Assembly: GCA_026708035.1 (NCBI GenBank)
Contig: JAPOVQ010000014.1
Coordinates: 2,826-66,825 of the forward strand
Length of the DNA stretch: 64,000 nt
Direction: 5' to 3'
From: Chloroflexota bacterium
GTDB lineage: Bacteria; Chloroflexota; UBA11872
The stretch's first letter is position 1; each line of letters starts with the position of its first letter. The notes under the pieces are model-generated. The model was given only the letters and a program-made list of their open reading frames with translations, did no database searches and was not told the origin of the DNA. Shown piece by piece: positions 1-8,482 of this stretch. The position numbers and the translations under genes were made by a program.

Positions 1-479
1 GCCACCGGCACGCCCACGGTCTCGGCGTGAGCCGCGATCTCGCGCGCCGACTGCTCGAACTGATGCCGAAGCTCCGCTAGCGGCCTGGTGGTCACCGGGT
101 ACTCGGGCACGAACGACACCGCGCAGATCTCGTATACGGGCGGCTCGTCCAGCGTCGCGCCCAGGTCCAGGCAGCGCTTGGCGTAGTCGACGGCGTAGCG
201 GCGCTTCGACTCATCGCTCGACGCCAAATCGCGCTCCTCGCCCGCGTGCCAGCCGCCCCAGGCCCCGAGCAGCGAGGGAACGCTCAGCCCCAGGTTCCGC
301 GCCTTGTCGACCACGGCGTAGAACAGCGCCTCGTCGATACGGTCGGGTTCGGCGTCCAGGTCGACGCCGTCGTAGCCTGCCTCGGCCACGGCGCCCAGCA
401 CCGTGTCCGGGTCCTCCCACACCTGTCCGCCGGGGCTGCTCGCCAGCGTCGCCAGCACCACCGAGTACTTCAGCGCCAT
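1..479 (-). CDS. Sugar phosphate isomerase/epimerase (xylose isomerase-like TIM barrel); C-terminal part lies outside the window
   Basis: My reverse-strand translation from the ATG at 477-479 reads MALKYSVVLATLASSPGGQVWEDPDTVLGAVAEAGYDGVDLDAEPDRIDEALFYAVVDKARNLGLSVPSLLGAWGGWHAGEE... and stays open to position 1. The ORF track omits it because there is no stop in the window. Family-level resemblance only. Confidence 0.55.
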   Translation of the reverse strand, partial: MALKYSVVLATLASSPGGQVWEDPDTVLGAVAEAGYDGVDLDAEPDRIDEALFYAVVDKARNLGLSVPSLLGAWGGWHAGEERDLASSDESKRRYAVDYAKRCLDLGATLDEPPVYEICAVSFVPEYPVTTRPLAELRHQFEQSAREIAAHAETVGVPV

Positions 480-482
480 GGC

Positions 483-1172
483 TCAGTGCCCCATCTTGGA
501 GAGCGCCTCGTCCACCGAGGCATTCGGCCCGATCAGCGCGTCCATGGCCGCCCGCTCCGTGACGCGCACGTGCTCGATCTGGGCGGGAAGGTCCGCCGCA
601 GCCGCCAGCGGCACGTTGAGCAGGCCGTTCACGTCGCCGTGGATCAGGTCGCCCGGCTCGACCACCATGCCGTCGATCTCGATCGGAATGTCCATCGTGA
701 TGCGCCGCGGGTTGCCGTGGGAGACCGACGTGCCCGCCGCGAAGCACGGAAAGCGCATCTCGCGCATTTGGTCAATGTCGCGAATGGCGCCGTCGGTGAC
801 GAATGCCACAGCGCCAATGGCGCGGTAGAGCGTGGCGGCATAGTCGCCGAACATTGCGGCGCGCGCCTTGTGCGGGCCGACGTCCTGCACCACGACGATC
901 GCGGGCTTGGGGGCGGCGGCCAGCAGCTCGGCGAACTCCCGCATGCCACGGCCCACCTCGATCGGGCCGGGTCCCGTGGTGTCGATCTGCGCGGTGACGG
1001 CGTAGCCCAACGTCACGCCAAGCTCCGGGTAAATGCAGCGCACCTTCGATCCGGCAAAGCCGACCCGGTGGTCGCGCACGCCCAACTCTTCGATGGCGTT
1101 CGACACCGTGGGGCTGTCGGCGGCCTTCAGCGCGGCAAAGGTGGTTTCGTCGAGCGGCCCGGATACCGACAT
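483..1172 (-). CDS. RraA family protein (4-hydroxy-4-methyl-2-oxoglutarate aldolase / RNase E regulator-like)
   Basis: 229 aa ORF. The segment FGDYAATLYRAIGAVAFVTDGAIRD and the overall length are typical of the RraA/DlpA fold. It lies 3 nt upstream of the next minus-strand gene. Confidence 0.75.
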   Translation of the reverse strand: MSVSGPLDETTFAALKAADSPTVSNAIEELGVRDHRVGFAGSKVRCIYPELGVTLGYAVTAQIDTTGPGPIEVGRGMREFAELLAAAPKPAIVVVQDVGPHKARAAMFGDYAATLYRAIGAVAFVTDGAIRDIDQMREMRFPCFAAGTSVSHGNPRRITMDIPIEIDGMVVEPGDLIHGDVNGLLNVPLAAAADLPAQIEHVRVTERAAMDALIGPNASVDEALSKMGH

Positions 1173-1388
1173 GGCGGCTCCCTCGGTGGGCTGGCGCTGC
1201 GGGTCGATGCTATGCGCGGCGAAGTGTCAGCGTCAACGTGGGGGGCTTTGGCCAGATTGCTTACCTCAGCACTAGTCGGCCGAGTGCGCCGCCAGTCTTC
1301 ACCCTCACCCCGACTCTCTCCCATCCAGGGAGAGGGAGCCGGACCGTGACCCGGCCATGGATCCTCCATGAATTTGCGCCCCATCTCT

Positions 1389-1470
1389 ATCACTCCGAGG
1401 CTCGGCGAGGAATCTAAGGGGCCGGTAGCGGCCACAACGTCCTTAGATTTCTCACTCCGTTCGAAATGAC
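1389..1470. repeat. Inverted pair of about 30-bp REP-like units (...gaggaatctaagg / ccttagatttctc...)
   Basis: atcactccgaggctcggcgaggaatctaagg (1389-1419) and ccttagatttctcactccgttcgaaatgac (1441-1470) are imperfect reverse complements separated by 21 nt. They sit in the 325-bp gap between the RraA-like and PhyH genes. Confidence 0.5.
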
Positions 1471-1497
1471 ATGTCCAGTGGCTCGCCGCGGCCCGTC

Positions 1498-2349
1498 CTA
1501 GTACGCCGCGATGTTGAGGACCGCCTGTTCCTCCGGCGTCAGGGCCTCGATCTGCTCCTGGCTCATGCCGCGGAAATGCGTATTCGGCGGGACCCCGGCT
1601 TCCTGTCCCCAGAGCTTCCGCTCCTCCAGCGACATTTGCGCGCGCATCTCCGGGGGCATGTAGCGATAGGAGTCGTTGAATCCCTTTACCCACCAGCGTT
1701 GGAAGAACAGGATCAGCGAGTAGCGCGGCCCGTCGCCGCGGTTGGTGCCGCCGGTGTGCCACAGGCTGGCGTCCCACATCAGCACCGATCCCGCCGGCGC
1801 CTCGGCGATCTTCCATCCGGGCGGCAGCGACACCGAGTCCTCGGGCGGAATCTCGTTCGTGAGGTGAGACCCCGGCCAGACCACCGGCCCGCCGGTCGTC
1901 GTGGAGAACTCCGTCAGGGCCCAGGCCGCCTGGATGCCCAGCGCATAGTGCCGCCCGCCCACGAACGGCTTGACCGTGAAATCGCTCCAGTCGGCGTGCA
2001 GGTTGCCCCCGAAGCGTTTGTGGTCCTTCTCGCCGGTCGGCATGGGCACGCGAATGGTGACGTCGTGGGCGAACATGTCGTTGCCCAGCACCCGCCGCGC
2101 CACCTCAATCGGGGCCGGGTAGCGCAGCGGCAGGCCGTGGAAGTGCCGGTGCTTGGCCTGCGCGTTGAACACCATCCGCAGGTTGGCGCTCTGCAGGCCG
2201 TATTTGCGCCCGATGGTCTCTTCGGAGGCCAGCGTCTCCTCGATCGCCGCGACCGAGGAGTCAATTTCGTCCTGCGGCAGCACACGCTCCAGGATGGTGT
2301 AGCCGTCGCGCTCGAGCTCGGCTGCGTGCCGCTCGATGTCCCAGCTCAT
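1498..2349 (-). CDS. Phytanoyl-CoA dioxygenase (PhyH) family Fe(II)/2-oxoglutarate oxygenase
   Basis: 283 aa. It has an HxD-type motif (NLHADWS) and a distal His (SLWHTGGTN), in the usual PhyH family layout. Confidence 0.8.
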   Translation of the reverse strand: MSWDIERHAAELERDGYTILERVLPQDEIDSSVAAIEETLASEETIGRKYGLQSANLRMVFNAQAKHRHFHGLPLRYPAPIEVARRVLGNDMFAHDVTIRVPMPTGEKDHKRFGGNLHADWSDFTVKPFVGGRHYALGIQAAWALTEFSTTTGGPVVWPGSHLTNEIPPEDSVSLPPGWKIAEAPAGSVLMWDASLWHTGGTNRGDGPRYSLILFFQRWWVKGFNDSYRYMPPEMRAQMSLEERKLWGQEAGVPPNTHFRGMSQEQIEALTPEEQAVLNIAAY

Positions 2350-2350
2350 G

Positions 2351-3259
2351 TCACCAGATGCGCGCGGCGCGCCGATTCCCTCGATCGGTCATGTCGCCGG
2401 GCACGCCGTAGCGGTGGCGGTAGCGCGTGCGCTCGATCGCCTCGGGCGTGGCCTTGTTCTCCGGGATGTCGCCCGGCCAGCCCTGGCCGCCCAAGTATTG
2501 AAACTCGTCGGACTTGCCGCAGAGCCAGAAATACATCTCGGCGGCGTCCACGCAGTCCCGCATCAGCTCCGAGTGGCGCAAGGTGTCCACCACGAAGTCC
2601 GCGAACTCGATGTCGAAGTGCGGCTCCTGGATCCAGTCGCGCCCGGGGTCCTCCGTGCGCCAGTAGTTGTACTTGAGCAGGTTTCGAATCCCGGTCGGCG
2701 CCGTGCGCGCCCCGCGCCGGTGCCAGATGTTGTAGGACGTGAGGAAGATCGAGCCCGCCGGCGCGGCGGTCAGCACGCTGCCCTTGATCGCGTCGTAGTG
2801 GGCCATGTGCTTCTCGCGCTGGTAAAGGAAGTGCGAGCCCGGCAGCAACTCCGTCGGGCCCATTTCCGGCGGCACGTCCTGCGGGTAGTAGAACACCTGG
2901 AGGTAGTTCACCTCCGGGCCATAGCGTGAGCCGCCGTCCCGGTGCCAGTCCTGCGGATGCCGCGGGGCGGTGCCGCGATGGTTCGACATCAGAACGGGCA
3001 GCGTGAAGTTGTCGCCGAGCAGCGAGCGCACCGCCCCGGCCGCCGCCGGATTGCAGATCACGTTCTCGATGAACCAATCCTCTTCCAGGATCTCCGAAGG
3101 TTCCGAGATCGGATGGTCGTCGAGGTAGGCCATCGCCCGCTGGTTGATCTCGTCCGGCACCACGCCTTCCAGAATCCAGTAGCCGTTGCGGCAGAACCAG
3201 ATCACGTCGTCGTCGGTCATGGTGGGCGCGCAGGAGTAGGTGCGCTTGGTCAGCGTCAT
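2351..3259 (-). CDS. PhyH-like Fe(II)/2OG dioxygenase, paralog B1
   Basis: 302 aa. Motifs DWHRDGG (HxD) and NIWHRR (distal His). Its stop lies 1 nt from the start of the downstream PhyH gene. It is a close paralog of 3821..4726. Confidence 0.75.
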   Translation of the reverse strand: MTLTKRTYSCAPTMTDDDVIWFCRNGYWILEGVVPDEINQRAMAYLDDHPISEPSEILEEDWFIENVICNPAAAGAVRSLLGDNFTLPVLMSNHRGTAPRHPQDWHRDGGSRYGPEVNYLQVFYYPQDVPPEMGPTELLPGSHFLYQREKHMAHYDAIKGSVLTAAPAGSIFLTSYNIWHRRGARTAPTGIRNLLKYNYWRTEDPGRDWIQEPHFDIEFADFVVDTLRHSELMRDCVDAAEMYFWLCGKSDEFQYLGGQGWPGDIPENKATPEAIERTRYRHRYGVPGDMTDRGNRRAARIW

Positions 3260-3624
3260 GCGGTCGCCCTCCGTTCCAGGATGAACTCGCAGGACAGCCC
3301 GTAGGTGCGGCCCTCGTCCATCAGCAGCGACAGCTCGGGGAACTTGACCACGCGCCAGCCGTCGTTGATGGCATCCAGGACGGTCTTATAGGGCCAATCC
3401 TCGGGCGGGGGCAGGGGATAGACCACCTCGCCGTCGCGGATCATGCGCATGCCGACCACGTCCGACACTTCAGAGGTCTTGGCCGCCTGGAGATAGAGCA
3501 GGTCCCAGCGCCGCGGCTTCTCCTTGCCGACGGCGTCCTCCAGCTCGCGCAGGCGCTCCTCGGTCAGCCGCCCTTCGCGCAGCTCGTCGATGCACTGCTG
3601 AACCATCTGCCGCAGGTCCTTCAT
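3256..3624 (-). CDS. Hypothetical 122 aa protein, translationally coupled (ATGA overlap) to PhyH-like B1
   Basis: ORF MKDLRQMVQQCIDELREGRLTEERLRELEDAV.... Its TGA at 3256-3258 overlaps the ATG at 3257-3259 of the next gene. I recognise no family. Confidence 0.5.
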   Translation of the reverse strand: MKDLRQMVQQCIDELREGRLTEERLRELEDAVGKEKPRRWDLLYLQAAKTSEVSDVVGMRMIRDGEVVYPLPPPEDWPYKTVLDAINDGWRVVKFPELSLLMDEGRTYGLSCEFILERRATA

Positions 3625-3750
3625 CAGCAGACCTCCGCCGTTCGCGCCGTGGCGCTCGCGCCTCCCATCCTAGCTCGCGCGTGCCGCATGTTTTTGGAAC
3701 CCCTCGGCAACCCTTCGTCGTTCCCGCGGGAGGAAACCTTTGCGAAATCC

Positions 3751-3803
3751 CTCCGTCATTCCGGCGGAAGCCGGAATCCAGTTCGGTCGAACCTGGAAGT
3801 CGG
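3751..3803. repeat. Palindromic interspersed repeat, family A copy 1 (ctccgtcattccggcggaagccggaatccagttcggtcgaacctggaag)
   Basis: A near-identical copy lies at 40613..40665. The core attccggc-gga-a-gccggaat is a hairpin. Intergenic position. It seeds the spurious ORF 3740..4312 (MRNPSVIPAEAGIQ...). Confidence 0.6.
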
Positions 3804-3820
3804 CGGCGGTTACCCCCACC

Positions 3821-4726
3821 TCATCGGACGCGCCCTGGTGGCCGCTCCCGTCGATCGGTGATGTCGCCCGGCACGCCGTAGCGACGGCGGTATCTGGCAC
3901 GCTCGTCGGTGCCGGGCTCGGGCTTGGTCAGCAAAATGTCCGCGGGCCACGACTGACCGCCCAGATAGTGAAACTCGTCGATCTTTCCGCAGAGCCAGAA
4001 ATACATCTCGGCGGCGTCTACGCAATCTCGGACCCCGTCGGCGAACCGCAGCCCGTCGACAACGAAGTCCGCCGACGCGACGTCGAACTCCGGGTTCACG
4101 ATCCAGTCTCGCTGCGGGTCGGCGGTGCGCCAGTAGTTGTACTTGAGCAAGTGGCGCACGCCGGCCGCCGCCGGCGCCGTGCGGGCCGCCCGGCGGTGCC
4201 AGATGTTGTAGGCGGTGATGAAGATCGAACCGGCCGGCCCGGAGGTGAGCACGCCGCCCTTGATCGCCCCGTAGTGCGCCATGTGCTTTTCCCGCTGGTA
4301 GAGGAAGTGTGAGCCCGGCAGCAGCTCCGTGGGACCCATCTCCGGCGGCACGTCCTGGGGGTAGTAGAAGACCTGCAGGTAGTTGAGCTCCGGGCCATGG
4401 CGTGAGCCGCTGTCCCGGTGCCAATCCTGCGGCTTGGCCGGGCCCCGGCCGCGGTGGTTGGCCATCAGCGTCGGCAGGGCGAAGCCGTCTCCCAGCAGCG
4501 AGCGCACCGCCCCGGCGGCTGCGGGGTTGAGAATCACGCCATCGACGAACCAGTCCTCTCGCAGGATTTCAGTGGGTTCCCCCTTCGTGTTCGACGCCAG
4601 ATAGTCCAGCGCTCGCCGGTTGATCGCGTCCGGCACGGCCGCTTCGAGAATCCAGTAGCCGTTGCGGCAAAACCACACCACGTCCTCATCCGTCATCGCG
4701 GGTTCGCAGGAGTGGGTGCGACTCAT
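3821..4726 (-). CDS. PhyH-like Fe(II)/2OG dioxygenase, paralog B2
   Basis: 301 aa, collinear with 2351..3259 over the full length (same DWHRD, NIWHRR, CVDAAEMYFWLCGK and RYGVPGD blocks). Confidence 0.75.
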   Translation of the reverse strand: MSRTHSCEPAMTDEDVVWFCRNGYWILEAAVPDAINRRALDYLASNTKGEPTEILREDWFVDGVILNPAAAGAVRSLLGDGFALPTLMANHRGRGPAKPQDWHRDSGSRHGPELNYLQVFYYPQDVPPEMGPTELLPGSHFLYQREKHMAHYGAIKGGVLTSGPAGSIFITAYNIWHRRAARTAPAAAGVRHLLKYNYWRTADPQRDWIVNPEFDVASADFVVDGLRFADGVRDCVDAAEMYFWLCGKIDEFHYLGGQSWPADILLTKPEPGTDERARYRRRYGVPGDITDRRERPPGRVR

Positions 4727-4763
4727 GCTGGGCGCCTCCGTCCGCTGGAGTTTGCCGCCGAAC

Positions 4764-6071
4764 CTATGATGCGACGCCGCACCACTCGACGATCGCCAGC
4801 GCGTAGATCTTGGCGGCGTCGATCAGCTCGTCGATCTCCACGTGCTCGTCGGGACCGTGGGCCACCAGCAGGCTCCCCGGGCCGATGGTGATGGCCGGAA
4901 TTCCCGCGCGGTTCAGGAACGCCCCGTCGTCGACGGCGGCGAAGCCGTAGTACGGCGCTTCCGTGCCGAACACGCCGGAGTAGGCCGCTTCGAGGGCCTT
5001 GCAAATTGGCTCGTCCGGCGACACGTCGAACGGCGGCCACCACAGCAGCCACTCGACCTTGGGTGGGTTGTCCCGCAGCCACGAATCCGTGGCCGCCACG
5101 CGCGCGATGTGAGTCTCGATCTCGGCCCTGACGTCCTCCACCGGCTCCTGCGGCGGATGCCAGATGGCGTACTCCACCCGGCTCTCTTCAGAGATCACGA
5201 ACGGCCCGTTCGGACCGCCCTGCACGAGGCCCGGATAGATCGTGAAGTGCCCCGGTCGCTTGAACATCGGGTGCGACTTGGTTTGGCCCCACTCCTCCTC
5301 CAACTGGCGCAAGCCGTCCATGATCAGCTGGGCCTTGTCGATGGAGGACACGCCGATGGCCGCGCCGCCGCCGCCCGCGCGAATCAGCTCGTCGCGCATC
5401 GAGGCGTGCACCGCCCGGCCCTTGATCGTCATCGCCATGTAGAGCAGGCCCGGAGAGGCCGGGATGATGCCCAGGCGGTGGGGCGGGCCCGAGGCCTCGG
5501 CCACGATCGCCGCATCCGCCGTATAGCCGCGCTCGATGGCCGCGCCGGTGCCGGCCTCGGTGTTCATCATCTCCTCGCCGACGACGAACTCGAGGATCAC
5601 GTCGCCCTTCGGGTGCAGGCCCGCCTGCAACACCGCGCGCAACGCCGTCAGCGTGGCGGCGTTGCCGCCCTTCATGTCGCACGAGCCGCGCCCCCAGATC
5701 TTGCCGTCGATGACCTCGCCGCTCCACGGACCGGCCGTGCTCCAGTTGGCGTCCGGTCCGGGAGGGACCACGTCCACGTGACCGTTGAAGAGCAGCGAGC
5801 GGCCACCCCCCACGCCGCGGAGCGTGCCCGCCAGGTTGGCGCGGCCCTCCTCCGCTTCCCACAGATCGGTCTCTAGGCCCGCGGCCTCCATGAGCGGCTG
5901 GCAGAACTCGTTCACGCGGGTCTCGCCGCCGCGCGCCGCCTCCTGGTCGATGCCCGGATAGGTCGGATTCACCGACGGAATGCGGACAGTGTCGATGGTC
6001 ATTTGGACCAGGTCGTCGGCCAGCGCATCCACTTCGGCCAACACACGCTCGCGGATCTGGGGCTCGGTCAT
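4764..6071 (-). CDS. M20 family metallopeptidase (ArgE/DapE/acetylornithine deacetylase-like)
   Basis: Motifs FNGHVDVVP, GRGSCDMKGG and VVGEEMM. I prefer the ATG at 6069-6071 (MTEPQIRE...) because GAGGAG lies 8 nt upstream. The track ORF extends to 6095. Confidence 0.8.
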   Translation of the reverse strand: MTEPQIRERVLAEVDALADDLVQMTIDTVRIPSVNPTYPGIDQEAARGGETRVNEFCQPLMEAAGLETDLWEAEEGRANLAGTLRGVGGGRSLLFNGHVDVVPPGPDANWSTAGPWSGEVIDGKIWGRGSCDMKGGNAATLTALRAVLQAGLHPKGDVILEFVVGEEMMNTEAGTGAAIERGYTADAAIVAEASGPPHRLGIIPASPGLLYMAMTIKGRAVHASMRDELIRAGGGGAAIGVSSIDKAQLIMDGLRQLEEEWGQTKSHPMFKRPGHFTIYPGLVQGGPNGPFVISEESRVEYAIWHPPQEPVEDVRAEIETHIARVAATDSWLRDNPPKVEWLLWWPPFDVSPDEPICKALEAAYSGVFGTEAPYYGFAAVDDGAFLNRAGIPAITIGPGSLLVAHGPDEHVEIDELIDAAKIYALAIVEWCGVAS

Positions 6072-6222
6072 CGCGGTGACTCCTCGGCTCAGCATTTCGT
6101 TGGCCGCATGGTAAGCGCTTGCCGCGCCTGCGAACGTCGATCTTTGGTCTGAATCAGACGGGTGCGCCGGGCGCTACCATCGACGCCCGGCGATTCCTCC
6201 GTGAGCAGAAAGCGAGCGCCAC

Positions 6223-7314
6223 ATGGCTGCCAAGACCATGCCCAGCGACCACGAAGCCCGGTGCCGCGGGCGCTACGAGCTGCCCGGCGTGACGATCCAG
6301 GTCGAGAACACCATCACGCTGATTCCCGAGCAAGACCGCTTCTGTCCGGCCGGATTCCTGTTCAACCTTCGCGATGGCCGCCTGATCACGGGCAACGTTC
6401 CCTCGGAGGACGGCGCGATGACCTGGCGCGCGTCACCGGACGCGGGCCAGACCTGGGAGCCGGCGCCGGCATGGCCGAGTTGGCACGTCTATCAGTTCCC
6501 CGACGGCGAGTTGGTCGGCCTCGAGGGCTCCGAAGAGCCCTGGCTCGGCACGACGGATAGATCGGGCGTGTACCTGGGTCGCGCCTTCCGTTCGACCGAC
6601 GGGGGACAAACGTTTGCCGCGGAGACGGTGGAGATTTCCGGCATTCCGCAGCTCGTCGAAGGTGAGAGCGAGCGCTGGGGATTCCACGTGGACTCCTACG
6701 TCGATCACAACATCGTGGCGCTCGGCGACGGCAGCCTGCTGGCTGGCGCGCACGGGCGATTTACGGGCCATCGCAAGTACAGCACCTATGTGGTGCGCTC
6801 GACGGACCGAGGACGGAGCTGGCACTTCCGCGCCACGGTGGCGTCGGACCTGACGCCGGACGACCACGTGCGGATCGAGGGCTTCGACGAGCCGGCGCTA
6901 CTGACCCTGCCGAACGGCGAAGTGCTGTGCTTCATGCGCAGCGGGGGGCGCTACGACGCGCGCTATTCCCCGCTGTACCTGAGCCGCTCGGCGGACGACG
7001 GGCGCACCTGGAGCGTGGCCGATCCCATTGCCGACCGCGGTGTCTGGCCCAATGCCTGCCGCCTGGACAACGGTGTGCTGGCGGTGATCTACGGACGTCC
7101 GGGCGACTGGCTGGCGTTCAGTCTGGACGATGGCCACACCTGGATCGGGCATTTCTGCCTGCATCTGGGTCCGCAGCCGTGGGACTGTGGCAGCTACGAC
7201 TGGGTCGAGGCGGTCGCCCCTGACACGCTGCTGGCCGCCTACGGTCGCACCGACCCGAATAACCCTCGCATGAGCGAAGTGTCCGGGACATTCATCACCG
7301 TCACCCGCACCTAG
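6223..7314 (+). CDS. BNR/Asp-box repeat protein (sialidase-like beta-propeller), no signal peptide
   Basis: Four Asp-box motifs: STDGGQTF, STDRGRSW, SADDGRTW and SLDDGHTW. 363 aa. Confidence 0.7.
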   Translation: MAAKTMPSDHEARCRGRYELPGVTIQVENTITLIPEQDRFCPAGFLFNLRDGRLITGNVPSEDGAMTWRASPDAGQTWEPAPAWPSWHVYQFPDGELVGLEGSEEPWLGTTDRSGVYLGRAFRSTDGGQTFAAETVEISGIPQLVEGESERWGFHVDSYVDHNIVALGDGSLLAGAHGRFTGHRKYSTYVVRSTDRGRSWHFRATVASDLTPDDHVRIEGFDEPALLTLPNGEVLCFMRSGGRYDARYSPLYLSRSADDGRTWSVADPIADRGVWPNACRLDNGVLAVIYGRPGDWLAFSLDDGHTWIGHFCLHLGPQPWDCGSYDWVEAVAPDTLLAAYGRTDPNNPRMSEVSGTFITVTRT

Positions 7315-7631
7315 CGGAGCCGTCAGCTTGCCCAGTGGCGTCCCGGAAGCGCGCCTGACTAACGCTGCCGGCGGCCGGTGCGCCTGGCTTTTTATTTCGT
7401 AGTCGAAGCAACTGCCCGAACGTGCCAAAAAACCCCCGTCCCAAGGTGGGAGCTTGGTGAAACTCCGACCAATTGCGGACGCCCCAGGGCCGAATTGGAC
7501 GGTTCTAAGTCGGTATCTGGCGTGAATTCCCGCCGTCCACGACATTCGGCACGCGGGCAACATGCAGCGCCCGCATGCCTTACGCTGGCGGCCGCCGGTC
7601 CGTCGTTGATCAACCACAAGGACTCGTGAGC

Positions 7632-8384
7632 ATGGCCGAACTTCGACCGAACCGCATCAAGCGCAAGCTCGCCGAGGGCGGGGTGGCAACCGTTCCGGCT
7701 GGCGTGAATACGCCCGACATGATCGATCTCATGGGGCCGTGGGGGTTCGACGGCTTCTGGATCGAGGCCGAGCACGGGCCGGTGGACTTCGGAGATATCG
7801 CCGACCTCACGCGCGCCTGCGACCTTTGGGGCGTGACGTCGATCGTGCGCGTCAACCGCGTGGAGCCCGGCATCATCTACCGCACCCTCGACCAGGGGGC
7901 ACAGGGCATCGTGGTGCCGCACGTAAATACGGCGGACGAGGCGCGGCAGATCGTCGACGCCGCCAAGTTCGCGCCCATCGGTCATCGCGGCATGTTCGGC
8001 TCGCGCCAGGGCTACGGCGTGGACGACTACCTGAACAAGGCGAACGACGAGACGCTGATCGTGATCCTCGTCGAGGACATTCGCGCGGTCCACAACCTGC
8101 CCGAGCTGCTCGAGGTCGACCACATTGACGTGTTCTTCGTCGCGCCTTCCGACCTGGGCCAGAGCATGGGGATTCTCGATAGCACCGCGCCGGAAATTCG
8201 CGAGCTGACGGAGAAGACGATCCGCCAGATCACCGCCGCCGGTCGGGTGGCGGGCACGCTGGCCTTTTCGTCGGACGCGGCCCACTGGATCGACGTCGGC
8301 GCCCGCTTCCTGCACCCGCCCTGGACGCCCTGGCTGGAGGCTGGGGCGCGGGAGTTTCTCACGAGCGCGGGCAACGCCCCCTAG
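7632..8384 (+). CDS. HpcH/HpaI family class II aldolase (2-keto-3-deoxy-acid aldolase)
   Basis: MAELRPNRIKRKLAEGG..., FWIEAEHGP, VRVN..., GIVVPHVNTADEA and FFVAPSDL are typical of the family. The ATG at 7632 lies inside track ORF 7575..8384. Confidence 0.8.
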   Translation: MAELRPNRIKRKLAEGGVATVPAGVNTPDMIDLMGPWGFDGFWIEAEHGPVDFGDIADLTRACDLWGVTSIVRVNRVEPGIIYRTLDQGAQGIVVPHVNTADEARQIVDAAKFAPIGHRGMFGSRQGYGVDDYLNKANDETLIVILVEDIRAVHNLPELLEVDHIDVFFVAPSDLGQSMGILDSTAPEIRELTEKTIRQITAAGRVAGTLAFSSDAAHWIDVGARFLHPPWTPWLEAGAREFLTSAGNAP

Positions 8385-8425
8385 GGCGGGCGCCGCCGCT
8401 CGGAAGCTCCTATCGATTCGCGCAC

Positions 8426-8456
8426 TCGTAGGGGCGGGTTTCAAACCCGCCCGTCC
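8426..8456. repeat. Palindromic interspersed repeat, family B copy 1 (tcgtaggggcgggtttcaaacccgcccgtcc); possible bidirectional terminator
   Basis: The stem gggcgggt / acccgccc sits between convergent gene ends at 8384(+) and 8483(-). A related copy lies at 41196..41222. Confidence 0.5.
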
Positions 8457-8482
8457 GACCCTCGGTTTGGGGACGTCGGCCG

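Noticed and set aside
3740-4312. 190 aa plus-strand ORF starting MRNPSVIPAEAGIQ
   Set aside because: It starts inside repeat family A and then runs antisense to the PhyH-like B2 gene. It is an artefact of repeat translation.
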